DNA from: Spirochaetales bacterium
Lineage (GTDB): Bacteria > Spirochaetota > Spirochaetia > SZUA-6 > Bin103
Assembly (NCBI GenBank): GCA_047515735.1
Contig: JAKZWC010000169.1
Location: 1-48,490, forward strand
Direction: 5' to 3'
Length of the DNA stretch: 48,490 nucleotides
This document shows positions 26,693 to 37,071 of the stretch, one piece after another. Numbering within the stretch: position 1 is the stretch's first letter; every line of letters starts with the position of its first letter. The position numbers and the translations under genes are program-made. The notes beneath the pieces were generated by a model, which was not told where the DNA came from, made no database searches, and saw only the letters and a list, made by a program, of their open reading frames with translations.

Positions 26693-26704
26693 CCCGCCCG
26701 CGCG

Positions 26705-27898
26705 CTACAGCGTGCGTTCGTAGATGCGGTAGCGTTTGTAGACCCGCGCGCCCATCTTTTCCAGGGTGTTGCGCATCGCCTGGTTGTCCTCCAGCACCCA
26801 GGAGAACTCGCCCTGCCAGTAGCCCTTGGCGACGCCGCGGGTATAGGTCTCGTAGTAGAACACGGCATCCAGGGCCAGGTTGCGGAACTGGTGGCGGATC
26901 CCGGCCATGACCACGCGCAGCAGGTCGATCCGGCGCCGGTACCACAGCACCTTGAGCACGCCGGTCGGAAACAGGCGGCCGTTGATGCGCCGCAGCACCT
27001 GGTGGAAGTCGGGCAACGCCAGCGAGAACCCCGCCGGCTCGCCGTCGACGAAGGCGAAGAATACCAGGTCGGGGTCGATCACCATCTTCAGGTCGGCCGC
27101 ACTGTATTCGATCTCCTCGTCGCTCCACGGCACGAACCCCCAGTTCCTGGTCCAGGCGTCGTTGTAGATCAGCTTGAGCAGCGCCATCTCGCGGTCGAGA
27201 TGGCGCAAGTCCGCGCTGCGGATGGTGACGTTGTGGCGCCGCCGCACCAGCTCCGCCAGCCGCGCGGCCTGCGGCGGCACCGGCGTCTCGCGCGAGTCCA
27301 TGTACAACGCCACCAGGTCCCTGGCCTTGGCCAACCCCCCGGCCTCCAGCAGGCGCGGATAGTAGGAGGGGTTGTAGGCCATGAGGATCGCCGGCGGGAC
27401 GTCGTAGGCATCGAGCAGGGTGCCCATCGATTCCGACGTGGACGGGTTGACCGGGCCCCGCAGGTGGGTCATGCCGCGCGCCTTCAGCCACGCTCCGGCC
27501 GCGTCCAGCAGCGCCCGCGCCACCACCACCAGGTCTTCTGCCTCGAAGAAGCCGAAGAAGCCGGTGCGCTCGTCGTGGAAGCTGTTGTACTCATGGTCGA
27601 TGATGGCGGCGACGGTTCCCACGACCGCGCCGTTGTGATAGGCCAGAAAGGGTTGGATTTCGGCATGGAGATAGAACGGATTGCGTTCGGTATCGAGCTT
27701 TTTCTTGAAGTCCGAGAGCAGCGGCGGCACCCAGGCCGAGTTGCCGCGGTAGACCGACCACGGGAACCGCATGAAGCGGCGCCGGTCGGCCGCGGTGAGC
27801 ACCGGCGCCACGCGTATCGCGCCGCCTTCAATGGCAGAGGTAGCGGCCACTGCCGGCACCCTACGACCTTGCCGAGCAAACGGCAAGTCTGCCGGCAT
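26705..27898 (-). CDS. Uncharacterised GNAT-like acyltransferase family protein
   Basis: A long ORF with coding-like composition. The N-terminal FMRFPWSVYRGNSAWVPPLL...FYLHAEIQPFLAY...VGTVAAIID...FGFFEA pattern is one I recall from about 380-aa GNAT-fold proteins. The start is uncertain (ATG 27898 chosen; 27913 and GTG 27922 are possible). Confidence 0.55.
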   Translation of the reverse strand: MPADLPFARQGRRVPAVAATSAIEGGAIRVAPVLTAADRRRFMRFPWSVYRGNSAWVPPLLSDFKKKLDTERNPFYLHAEIQPFLAYHNGAVVGTVAAIIDHEYNSFHDERTGFFGFFEAEDLVVVARALLDAAGAWLKARGMTHLRGPVNPSTSESMGTLLDAYDVPPAILMAYNPSYYPRLLEAGGLAKARDLVALYMDSRETPVPPQAARLAELVRRRHNVTIRSADLRHLDREMALLKLIYNDAWTRNWGFVPWSDEEIEYSAADLKMVIDPDLVFFAFVDGEPAGFSLALPDFHQVLRRINGRLFPTGVLKVLWYRRRIDLLRVVMAGIRHQFRNLALDAVFYYETYTRGVAKGYWQGEFSWVLEDNQAMRNTLEKMGARVYKRYRIYERTL

Positions 27899-27924
27899 CC
27901 GATGGTGGATCATGGAGCGCACCG

Positions 27925-28905
27925 GTGCGGGTAGCGGTCACCGGGGGCAGCGGGTTCATCGGCGCGCACCTGGTGGCGGCGCTCGCCGCGCGCGGCGAGC
28001 GGGTGCGCTGCCTGCTGCGGCCGGCCAGCAACCGGTCGCTGCTGCCGGCGCAGGTGGAGCCGGTGGTGGCGGCGGACTTGAGCGATGCCGCCGCCCTGGA
28101 GCGGCTGGTGCGCGACTGCGATGCCGTGGTGCACCTCGCCGGGCTGACCCGGTCGTGGACGCCGCGGGAGCTGTATCGCGTCAACCGCGGCGGCACCGCT
28201 ACGCTGTGCGCGGCACTGGCCCGGGTGCATCCCGAGGTGGGACAGCTCATCCTGGTCAGCAGCCAGGCGGCGGCGGGCCCGTCCCGCCCGGGCCGGCCGC
28301 GGCGCGAGGAGGATCCGCCCGCCCCGGTTACCGCCTACGGCCGCAGCAAGCTGGCCGCCGAGAGGATCCGCCACCGCCATCCCGGGTTGCCGATCACCGT
28401 CATCCGCCCGCCGGCGGTGTACGGTCCCGGGGATCGCGACGTCTTCGCCTACTTCCGTCTGGTGCGAGCCGGGGTGCGCCCGGAGCTGGTGCCTTCCGGC
28501 CGCCTCAGCTTGGTGTACGTCGGCAACCTGGTGGATGCGCTGCTGCTGGCGCTGGAACGGCCGCAGCGCGCCGGCCAGCGCGTCTACCATGTCGCCGATC
28601 GCGGCGCGGTGAGGATGAGCACGGTTGCGCAATGGATCGCCGACGCCTACGGCCGTCCCACCTGGCGCGTGCCGGTGCCGCAGGCCGCCCTCGCCGTGGC
28701 CGGGCTCCCGCTGGCCGCTGCCGGCCGGCTGCTGCACCGCGACCTCCTGCTCAGCCGCGACAAGCTGCGCGAGATCGCACAGCCGGCGTGGCTCCTGGCC
28801 ACGCGCCGCATTCAGGCCGAACTCGGCTATCGGCCACGCGTCGGCACCCGTGAAGGCGTACAGCGGACCGCGCGGTGGTACCTCGACCACGGCTGGCTGC
28901 GCTGA
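27925..28905 (+). CDS. NAD-dependent epimerase/dehydratase (extended SDR) family protein
   Basis: GTG 27925. VTGGSGFIGAHLV Rossmann motif and YGRSK (YxxxK catalytic motif). Confidence 0.85.
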   Translation: MRVAVTGGSGFIGAHLVAALAARGERVRCLLRPASNRSLLPAQVEPVVAADLSDAAALERLVRDCDAVVHLAGLTRSWTPRELYRVNRGGTATLCAALARVHPEVGQLILVSSQAAAGPSRPGRPRREEDPPAPVTAYGRSKLAAERIRHRHPGLPITVIRPPAVYGPGDRDVFAYFRLVRAGVRPELVPSGRLSLVYVGNLVDALLLALERPQRAGQRVYHVADRGAVRMSTVAQWIADAYGRPTWRVPVPQAALAVAGLPLAAAGRLLHRDLLLSRDKLREIAQPAWLLATRRIQAELGYRPRVGTREGVQRTARWYLDHGWLR

Positions 28906-28964
28906 CCATCCGGCGGCAGCTCCCATCCGGCGCCGCGCTTGCGCCGCTCAGCTTACCGCCAGCG

Positions 28965-31145
28965 CTACGGTCCTGACTCGCGGTGCAGGGACGTTACCGC
29001 CTCCAGGCTCTTCAGGTGCTTGATCACGCGGCCGTAGTCGCGCTTGCTCTTGACCGCCACGGTGAAACGGCCGGTGAGGTGCGCCTGACTGTCCGGGTCG
29101 AGGTGCCCGGACACCAGCGTGCCGCCGTCGTTGTGGATGATTTTCTCGATCTCCGAGTAGAGGCGTGCGTCGGGCTCGGCGGTGACGATGAAGCTGTAGT
29201 TCTCCAGCGGGGTCGGCATCTCCCAGGCTACCTCCCAGGCCACCTCCACGCCGCGCTCGTTGAAGTCGCGGGCGTTGCGCACGTTGGCGCAACTGGCCCG
29301 GTGCACCGTAATGCCTTGGCTGCGCGACACGTAGCCGACGATCTCGTCGGCCGGGCTGGGCCGGCAGCAGCGCGCCAGCCGGATCAGCAGGCCGGCGTCG
29401 TTGCCGTCGCGCAACCCCACGCGCCAGGACGCCTCGTCTGTATTGGACCGCTCCTCCTCGGGACGGCCGGCGTCGGTCTCCCGCGGGCGTCGCGGCGGGG
29501 AAGGTGCCTGCGCTTGGCGCGCCGGCTGCGCCATGATGTTGCGCTGGATGATCAGGTCGGGATTCTCCTGGGTCAGCCAGTGGCGGATCTTGGAACGGGC
29601 GCGGGAGGTCTTGACCGAGCGCAGCCAGCCGACGTGGGGCCGGGCGCCGGTGCTGGTGATGATCTGGATCACCTGCGTGTTCTTCAGCTCCCCGCTCAAC
29701 GGCACGATGCTGCCGTTCGCCTTCGCCGCCATGCAGTGGTTTCCCACCTCGGTGTGGATGTGGTAGGCGAAGTCGATGGGAGTGGAGCCGCGCGGCAACT
29801 CGATGATGTCCCCCTTCGGGGTGAACACGTAGATCGAGTCGCGCAACAGCTCACGCTTGATTTCATCGAGGAAGTCGGTGGACGCCGCCTGTGCCCCCTG
29901 CCAGTCGCGCAGCTTGTTGATGATCGACAGCTGCCCGGCGAGCGCATCCGCGTCCCCGGTGCGCCGCGACTTGTACAGCCAGTGGGCGGCGATGCCGTTC
30001 TCGGCCGTCTCGTGCATCTGGTCGCTGCGGATCTGGATTTCGATGGTGGTCCCCCGCGGTCCCATCACCGTGGTGTGCAGGCTCTGGTAGCGGTTGGACT
30101 TGGGCATGGCGATGTAGTCCTTGAAGCGCCCTTCGATCGGCAGCCACAGGCGGTGGACCAGACCGAGAATCTCGTAACACTCGCCGGTGGAGGCGCAGAT
30201 GATCCGTACCCCGAGCAGGTCGTGGATCTCCCCGGCGGAGTGGCCGCGATCCTTCATCTTCTGATAGATGGAGTAGAAGTGCTTGGCGCGGCTCTCCACC
30301 CGCAACCGCACGCCGGCTTCCCGCGCCCCGACGGTGAGTAGCTCCGTAATGCTCCGCAGATAGGAGTCTCGCTCCGCCCGCGTGGCCGCCACGAACTCCT
30401 TGAGCTGCTCGTAGACGCGCGGATGGAGGTACTTCATCGCCAAGTCCTCCAGCTCCGTGCGGATCCGGTAGAGGCCCAGCCGCCCCGCCAGGGGGCAGTA
30501 GATGTCCATGCACTCGCCCGCAATGCGGGTGCGGTTCTCGGCGTTGTGGAACTCCAGCGTGCGCATGTTGTGGAGCTTGTCGGCCAGCTTGATGAGGATT
30601 ACCCGTACGTCGCGCACCATCGCGAACAGCATCTTGCGGATCGACTCCGTGGCCCGCGCCCCGTGACTCTGCCCCTTGATGATGGAGATCTTGGTGACCC
30701 CCTGGACCAGGCCGGCGACCTCCTCGCCGAAGGTGTCGGTGATCTCCTCCAGGGTGGAGCCGGTGTCCTCCACCACGTCGTGGAGCAGCGCCGCCACCAG
30801 CGTCGCCGTGTCGAGACGGGTCTCCAGCAGAATGGACGCCACTTCCAGGGGGTGGATGATGAAGGGGTCGCCGCTGGCGCGGAACTGGCCCGAGTGGCGG
30901 GCGTTGGCCCAGCGCGCCGCGGCGACGATCTGACGCCGCGTGTCCTCGTCGTACTCCTCCGCCGCTGCCTCCAGCCGGTCGCAGAAACGGTTGACGAGCC
31001 GCCGTGACGCCTGCGTTACCCGCGGGTGGCCTTCATGCGGACCGCTGTCGCGGATGGCCACCGCGGCCGTGCGGCCCGCGCTGGAACCGTCCGGCGCCCC
31101 ACCCGCCAACGGCGCCGCGGCGCGGTTGGCGGGTGGCGAGCTCAC
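28965..31145 (-). CDS. rel: Bifunctional (p)ppGpp synthetase / hydrolase (RelA/SpoT homologue)
   Basis: HD hydrolase domain (HPLEVA...LHDVVEDT), synthetase domain (YRSLHTTV-like: RYQSLHTTVMGP), TGS (IYVFTPKGDIIELPRGSTPIDFAYHIH) and a C-terminal ACT-like region. I chose GTG 31145 because it forms a GTGA overlap with the prmC stop (31142-31144). The track start 31235 would overlap prmC by 94 nt, and GTG 31061 is another option. Confidence 0.9.
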   Translation of the reverse strand: MSSPPANRAAAPLAGGAPDGSSAGRTAAVAIRDSGPHEGHPRVTQASRRLVNRFCDRLEAAAEEYDEDTRRQIVAAARWANARHSGQFRASGDPFIIHPLEVASILLETRLDTATLVAALLHDVVEDTGSTLEEITDTFGEEVAGLVQGVTKISIIKGQSHGARATESIRKMLFAMVRDVRVILIKLADKLHNMRTLEFHNAENRTRIAGECMDIYCPLAGRLGLYRIRTELEDLAMKYLHPRVYEQLKEFVAATRAERDSYLRSITELLTVGAREAGVRLRVESRAKHFYSIYQKMKDRGHSAGEIHDLLGVRIICASTGECYEILGLVHRLWLPIEGRFKDYIAMPKSNRYQSLHTTVMGPRGTTIEIQIRSDQMHETAENGIAAHWLYKSRRTGDADALAGQLSIINKLRDWQGAQAASTDFLDEIKRELLRDSIYVFTPKGDIIELPRGSTPIDFAYHIHTEVGNHCMAAKANGSIVPLSGELKNTQVIQIITSTGARPHVGWLRSVKTSRARSKIRHWLTQENPDLIIQRNIMAQPARQAQAPSPPRRPRETDAGRPEEERSNTDEASWRVGLRDGNDAGLLIRLARCCRPSPADEIVGYVSRSQGITVHRASCANVRNARDFNERGVEVAWEVAWEMPTPLENYSFIVTAEPDARLYSEIEKIIHNDGGTLVSGHLDPDSQAHLTGRFTVAVKSKRDYGRVIKHLKSLEAVTSLHRESGP

Positions 31146-32067
31146 CGCGGCCTCCAGCTGGCGATCAACACCCGCGGCAGTCCGGCCAGGTCGCGGCACA
31201 GCTCCGGTGATGCGAAACCGTGGCGCTCCAGGCAACGCGCCACTGCGGCAGCGCAGTCGGCGCCCGTCTCCAGAATCAGTGCGCCTCCCGGCCGCAGCCG
31301 CAGCCGTGCGCAGTCGATCAGGCGGCGGCTCGGACCCAGGCCGTCGTCACCGCCGTCAAGCGCGAGCGCCGGCTCCGGCCAGCCCCGGCGCCGCAGGTCC
31401 GCAACCTCCCCACTGGTCAAGTAGGGCGGGTTGGCTGCGATCAGATCCCAGTGCGCCGGCGCCGGCGGCAGCAGGTCGCACACGCGCAGCCGCAGGGTCC
31501 CGGCGCCCAGGCCGTCGCGGTTGCGCAGCGCGGCGGCCACCGCCGGCGGCGAAATGTCGGAGGCACTCACCCGCCACGCCGGGCGCTCGAGCTGCACGGT
31601 CACGGCGATCGCTCCGGAGCCGGTCCCGACGTCGTGCAACGCCACCGAACCGCGCTCCGCCGCGAGCGCATCGCCATACCGGAGCAGCGCCTCCACCAGC
31701 AGCTCGGTCTCCGGCCGGGGAATCAACACCCGCCGGTCCACGATGAAAGGCCGACCGTAGAATTCCTTGTAGCCGCGCAGGTAGGCCACCGGTTCGCCTG
31801 CCGCACGGTGTTCCAGCAGCCGCTCGAAGCGCAGCCGGGCGAGCTCGGGCAGGCGCTCCGGATACGCCGCGAACAGCCGTTCCTTGGAGACGCCGAGCGA
31901 GTGAGCCAGCAGCACCGTGGCATCCAGCCAGGGGGTGGCCATCCCGCGGGCACGCAACCGCGCACTGGCCGCGCCCAGAGCGGCGCGCACCGTGACCGGC
32001 GGGTCCGGCGCCTGCTCCCGCGGCGGGGTCAGCGCTGCCGCTGCGGCCGCCACGCCGGCCGCTCCCA

Positions 32068-32068
<1 letters not shown>
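31142..32068 (-). CDS. prmC: Peptide chain release factor N5-glutamine methyltransferase
   Basis: SAM-binding DVGTGSGAIA and catalytic NPPY (IAANPPYL). It lies directly downstream of prfA with a 1-nt overlap of the prfA stop and the prmC start. Confidence 0.9.
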
Positions 32069-33159
<1,091 letters not shown>

Positions 33160-33161
33160 CG

Positions 33162-33740
33162 TTATGCTTCGGCCTTGGAACGCCGCTTGGGCTGGCGCTG
33201 GAACAGGAACCCGAACAGGCTGCCGCAGACGCCGCCGGCGATATGGGCGAACTGTGCGACGCTGTCCTCGGCGAACGCGCCCAGCACCTCACGCGCGAGG
33301 TAGACCACCACCACCAGGATGAAGGTGAGGGGGATCTCGCCACTGGCGATGTTGGTAAAGGAGCTGAGCAGGATCATCATGAACACTACCCCGCTCGCCC
33401 CCATGAGGCCGCTATCGAGGAACACGATGTTTATTACCCCGGTAACCAATGCGGTGACCAGCATCATCAGCAGCAACGGTCCGGAGTGGTACTTCTCCTC
33501 CAGAATCGGCCCGATCAGCAGGATGAGCGAAAAGTTGGCTACCAGATGGGTCCAGTCCTGGTGACCGGCGATGTGGGAGATCACCCGGAAGTAGCTCAGC
33601 ACCGCGTGCCCGTCGAAGGTAGGCGGCACCGCGAAGTAGAGACGCGAGACCTGGCCGTTGGCGAACAGGTCCGCCACCAGCACCGCCACGCTGAGCAGCG
33701 CGTAGGAAAGCACCGCGGGCGAGTTGTAACGGATTCTCAT
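33162..33740 (-). CDS. Rhomboid-family intramembrane serine protease
   Basis: A multi-pass hydrophobic protein with the catalytic GASGVVF (GxSG) and a downstream HIAGGVCG histidine motif. Confidence 0.8.
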   Translation of the reverse strand: MRIRYNSPAVLSYALLSVAVLVADLFANGQVSRLYFAVPPTFDGHAVLSYFRVISHIAGHQDWTHLVANFSLILLIGPILEEKYHSGPLLLMMLVTALVTGVINIVFLDSGLMGASGVVFMMILLSSFTNIASGEIPLTFILVVVVYLAREVLGAFAEDSVAQFAHIAGGVCGSLFGFLFQRQPKRRSKAEA

Positions 33741-35089
33741 CGTTCTGCTCCGACCAGCTCCAGGATGCGGGCGGTGGCTTCCGCTACCGCCTCTTCATCG
33801 ACCGCCTCCAGCCGCGGCCGCAGCAACGGCTCGGTGTTGCTTGGCCGCAGATTGAACCAGAAGCGATCGTAGCTCACGCTCACCCCATCGAGCTCCTCCT
33901 GGCGGCCGTCGGCAAAGGCGTCCCGCACCCGCTGCAGCGCCGCGCCCGGATCCAACCCCTCGATGCGGATGTTCACCTCCTCCTGCTGCACGTAGCGCGC
34001 ACGCAGCGGCGCCGCCAGCTCCGACAACGGCCGCTCGCGCTGCAACAGCAGGTTGAGCAGCACGCCGAGCCCGTAGATCGCGGACTCGGTGTAGAAGGAA
34101 TCGCTAACCCGGAAGTAGAGATGGCCCGAGGTCTCGTTGCCGTACAGCGCGCCGGTACGCACCATCTCGTCGTAGAGAAAACTGTACCCGACGCGGGCCT
34201 TGACCGGGACGCCGCCGGCCGCGGCGATCTCCTCCGGGAACACCCGAGAGGAGACCAGGTCGTAGACGATGGCGGCGCCCGGGTGCTCCTCGAGCAGAGT
34301 GCCGGCGATCAGGGCGCCCGCGAAGTAGCTCTCCAGCGGCCGTCCGGTCTCGTCGAAGAACAGGATGCGGTCGCCGTCCCCATCGAGCACGGCGCCCAGC
34401 ACCGCCCCGGTCCGCGGCACCGCGGCCGCCACCTGTCGCTGGCTCTCGTGCTCCAGCGGGTTGGGCAGGTGCGCGGGAAACGAACCGTCGGGGGTGGCGT
34501 TGAGAATGATGGCGTCCAGCCCCAGGCGCACCGCGGCCGCCTCCAGCAGCGCGCCGGCGGAGCCGTTGGAGGCGTCCACCACCACCTTCATGCCGCGCAC
34601 CTCCGGCCGTACGTGGGCGGTGGCGAATGCCACGTAGGTGTCCAGCTCCGTGGCCGGGAGAGGCGCCAGGGGCGGCGGTGAGGCGGGCGGCCGACCGCTG
34701 TCGCCGGCTACCGCGGCCTCGATCTCGCGCAGCCCCTTGGCGTAGCCCACCGAGCCGCCGCTGCCGTCGTAGAGCTTGAAGCCGTGGTACTGCGGCGGAT
34801 TGTGCGAGGCGGTAGCCATCACGCCGGCGCCGTAGCCGCGCTGCATCTGCAGGTAGTGCAGCGCCGGGGTGCTGGTACAGCCGGCGTCGTGCAGCGTGCT
34901 GCCCTCGCTGGCGGCGCCGGCGCCGAAGGCGCGCAGCAGCTCGGCCGAGTGGATACGGGCGTCGCTGGCGCCCAGCAGGTCCACGCCACCCGTGAAGCGG
35001 GCAAAGGCGCGCCCCACCCGGAATGCCAGGGTGTCGTCGATCTCGGCACCGTAGGTGCCGCGGATGTCATACGCCTTGAACGGATTCAT
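33737..35089 (-). CDS. Phosphomannomutase / phosphoglucomutase (alpha-D-phosphohexomutase)
   Basis: Active-site TASHNPPQYHGFK, metal-binding DGDGDR, and sugar-binding GNETSGH. ATGA overlaps at both ends (35086-35089 and 33737-33740). Confidence 0.85.
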   Translation of the reverse strand: MNPFKAYDIRGTYGAEIDDTLAFRVGRAFARFTGGVDLLGASDARIHSAELLRAFGAGAASEGSTLHDAGCTSTPALHYLQMQRGYGAGVMATASHNPPQYHGFKLYDGSGGSVGYAKGLREIEAAVAGDSGRPPASPPPLAPLPATELDTYVAFATAHVRPEVRGMKVVVDASNGSAGALLEAAAVRLGLDAIILNATPDGSFPAHLPNPLEHESQRQVAAAVPRTGAVLGAVLDGDGDRILFFDETGRPLESYFAGALIAGTLLEEHPGAAIVYDLVSSRVFPEEIAAAGGVPVKARVGYSFLYDEMVRTGALYGNETSGHLYFRVSDSFYTESAIYGLGVLLNLLLQRERPLSELAAPLRARYVQQEEVNIRIEGLDPGAALQRVRDAFADGRQEELDGVSVSYDRFWFNLRPSNTEPLLRPRLEAVDEEAVAEATARILELVGAER

Positions 35090-37047
35090 AGTGCTGTGGA
35101 GCCGGTCCCCTCCAGGGTCCGCTCTATCTCCTCCCAGGCCGCCGTAGTTTCCTGCTGCGCGGTGCTGTTGGCCTGGAGCCGACGCTTCAATTCCCGCACG
35201 CGGCCACCGTCAGTGTACACCGCGGGATCGCCGAGCTGATCTTGCAGCCGGTGCTCGGTCTGCTGCAACCGCTCGCACTCGTCGAGCAACGCCTGCTGGC
35301 GCCGCTGCAAGGCCTCGGGAGAGCGCCGTCCCCGCTTGCGCCCGGCGCCACGGCGGCCGCCGTCACGCTGCCGCTGCGCCGGCGCCGGATCCGCGACCCG
35401 TCCGACCGGACCCGGTGCTCGCTCCCGCGACGGCCCGTCAGTAGTGGCGGCGGCCTGCTTCCACTGATAGTAGTCCCAGCCACCATGATAGAGCCGCACC
35501 CGATCGCGCGTCACCTCCAGCACCTTGGTAGCGAGTTGAGCGATGAAGTACTCGTCGTGAGAGGCGAACACCAGGGTACCGGCAAAGCCCCGCAGCGCCT
35601 GCGTGAGGATGCTGATGGCGCTCAGGTCGAGGTGGCTGGTGGGCTCGTCGAGCAACAGCAGGTTGGCCGGCTGCAGCAGCAGCCGTACCAGCGCCACGCG
35701 GCTGCGCTCGCCGCCGCTGAGCACTCCGAGGGACTTGAACACGTCGTCGCCGCTGAACAGGAACGCACCGAGCAGGTTGCGCAGCCGCGGAATCATCTCC
35801 GTGGGCGCCACCGCCTCCATGTCCTCCAGCACGCTCTGGCTGCCGGTCAGCTGCTCCGCGCGGTCCTGGGCGTAGTAGCCCGCCGTGACTCCGGTGCCCA
35901 GTATCACCTGTCCCGCCGGAATCGGCATCGCCCCGGCCAAGGCGCGCATCAGGGTGGACTTGCCGACGCCGTTGTCGCCCACCAGCGCCAGGCGATCACC
36001 GCGATCCAGTTCCAGATCCAGATCGCGGATCACCTGCTGGGAGCCGTAGGCGAGACTCAGTCCCGACACCCCGAGTGCCCGCCGCCCGCCCTTCGGCGAC
36101 GGCGGAAAGCTGAACGTGATGTGCGATTGAACCGGGGGCGGCTCCAGCCGCGGCATGCGTTCGAGCTGCTTGATGCGGCTCTGCACCAGGCGCGCCTTGG
36201 AGGAATTGGCGCGAAACTTGCGCACGAACGCCTCCATACGCGCTATCTCCTCCTCCTGGCGTGCGTGGGCGGCGGCCATCTGCTCCAGCTCGGCCGCGCG
36301 CCGCTGCAGGTATTCGGAGAACGTGCCGAGCCAGGTGTGCAGCGTGCCGCGATAGATCTCCGCCACCCGGTCGCAGGTACGGTCCAGCAACGTCCGGTCA
36401 TGAGCCACCAGCAGAAACCCGCCGTGATAGGAACGCAGGTACGCCTCCAGCCACTGGCGCGCCTCCAGGTCGAGGTAGTTGGACGGCTCGTCGAGGAGCA
36501 GCAGGTCGGAGCCCTGCAGCAGCAGCTTGGCCAAGGCGATGCGCATCTGCCAGCCGGAGGAGAAGGTGGTGGTATCCTTGTCCGCGTCGCGCGGACGAAA
36601 CCCGAGGCCGCGACTGACGCGATCGAGACGCGCGGAGCGCTCGGCAGCGCCATCCAGACTCACCCGCTCGGTGAGCTGTGCGTAGCGCCGCAACAGTCTG
36701 TCGAGCTGCTCTGCGTCGCCGGTGGCGGCCATCTGTTCCTCCACCTGACGCAACTCCCGTTCGGCGGCGAGCTCGCGGCTGAACGCCAGGGACAGCTCCT
36801 CGTGCAGCGTGTGACCGCTGTGCTCCACTCCGGACTGCGCCAGGTAGGCGATGCTGACGTCACGCCGCGCGATGACGCGCCCGCGGTCGGCGCTGCCGTG
36901 CCCGGCGATGATGCGCATCAGGGTGGACTTGCCGCTGCCGTTGGCCCCGCACAGGGCGATACGGGCACCGCGGTCGATAGTCAGACTGACGCCGTCCAGC
37001 ACGACCTGCTCGCCGTAGGTCACGGAGATTTCGCTGAGTGTTACCAT
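35086..37047 (-). CDS. ABC-F family ATPase (two ABC cassettes, no membrane domain; Uup/EttA-like)
   Basis: Two Walker A motifs (GANGSGKST, GDNGVGKST), two LSGG signature motifs (FSSGWQMR, LSGGERSR), an inter-domain linker, and a basic C-terminal coiled region. Confidence 0.9.
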   Translation of the reverse strand: MVTLSEISVTYGEQVVLDGVSLTIDRGARIALCGANGSGKSTLMRIIAGHGSADRGRVIARRDVSIAYLAQSGVEHSGHTLHEELSLAFSRELAAERELRQVEEQMAATGDAEQLDRLLRRYAQLTERVSLDGAAERSARLDRVSRGLGFRPRDADKDTTTFSSGWQMRIALAKLLLQGSDLLLLDEPSNYLDLEARQWLEAYLRSYHGGFLLVAHDRTLLDRTCDRVAEIYRGTLHTWLGTFSEYLQRRAAELEQMAAAHARQEEEIARMEAFVRKFRANSSKARLVQSRIKQLERMPRLEPPPVQSHITFSFPPSPKGGRRALGVSGLSLAYGSQQVIRDLDLELDRGDRLALVGDNGVGKSTLMRALAGAMPIPAGQVILGTGVTAGYYAQDRAEQLTGSQSVLEDMEAVAPTEMIPRLRNLLGAFLFSGDDVFKSLGVLSGGERSRVALVRLLLQPANLLLLDEPTSHLDLSAISILTQALRGFAGTLVFASHDEYFIAQLATKVLEVTRDRVRLYHGGWDYYQWKQAAATTDGPSRERAPGPVGRVADPAPAQRQRDGGRRGAGRKRGRRSPEALQRRQQALLDECERLQQTEHRLQDQLGDPAVYTDGGRVRELKRRLQANSTAQQETTAAWEEIERTLEGTGSTAL

Positions 37048-37071
37048 GCTCGCCGCGACGCGAGTGTAGCA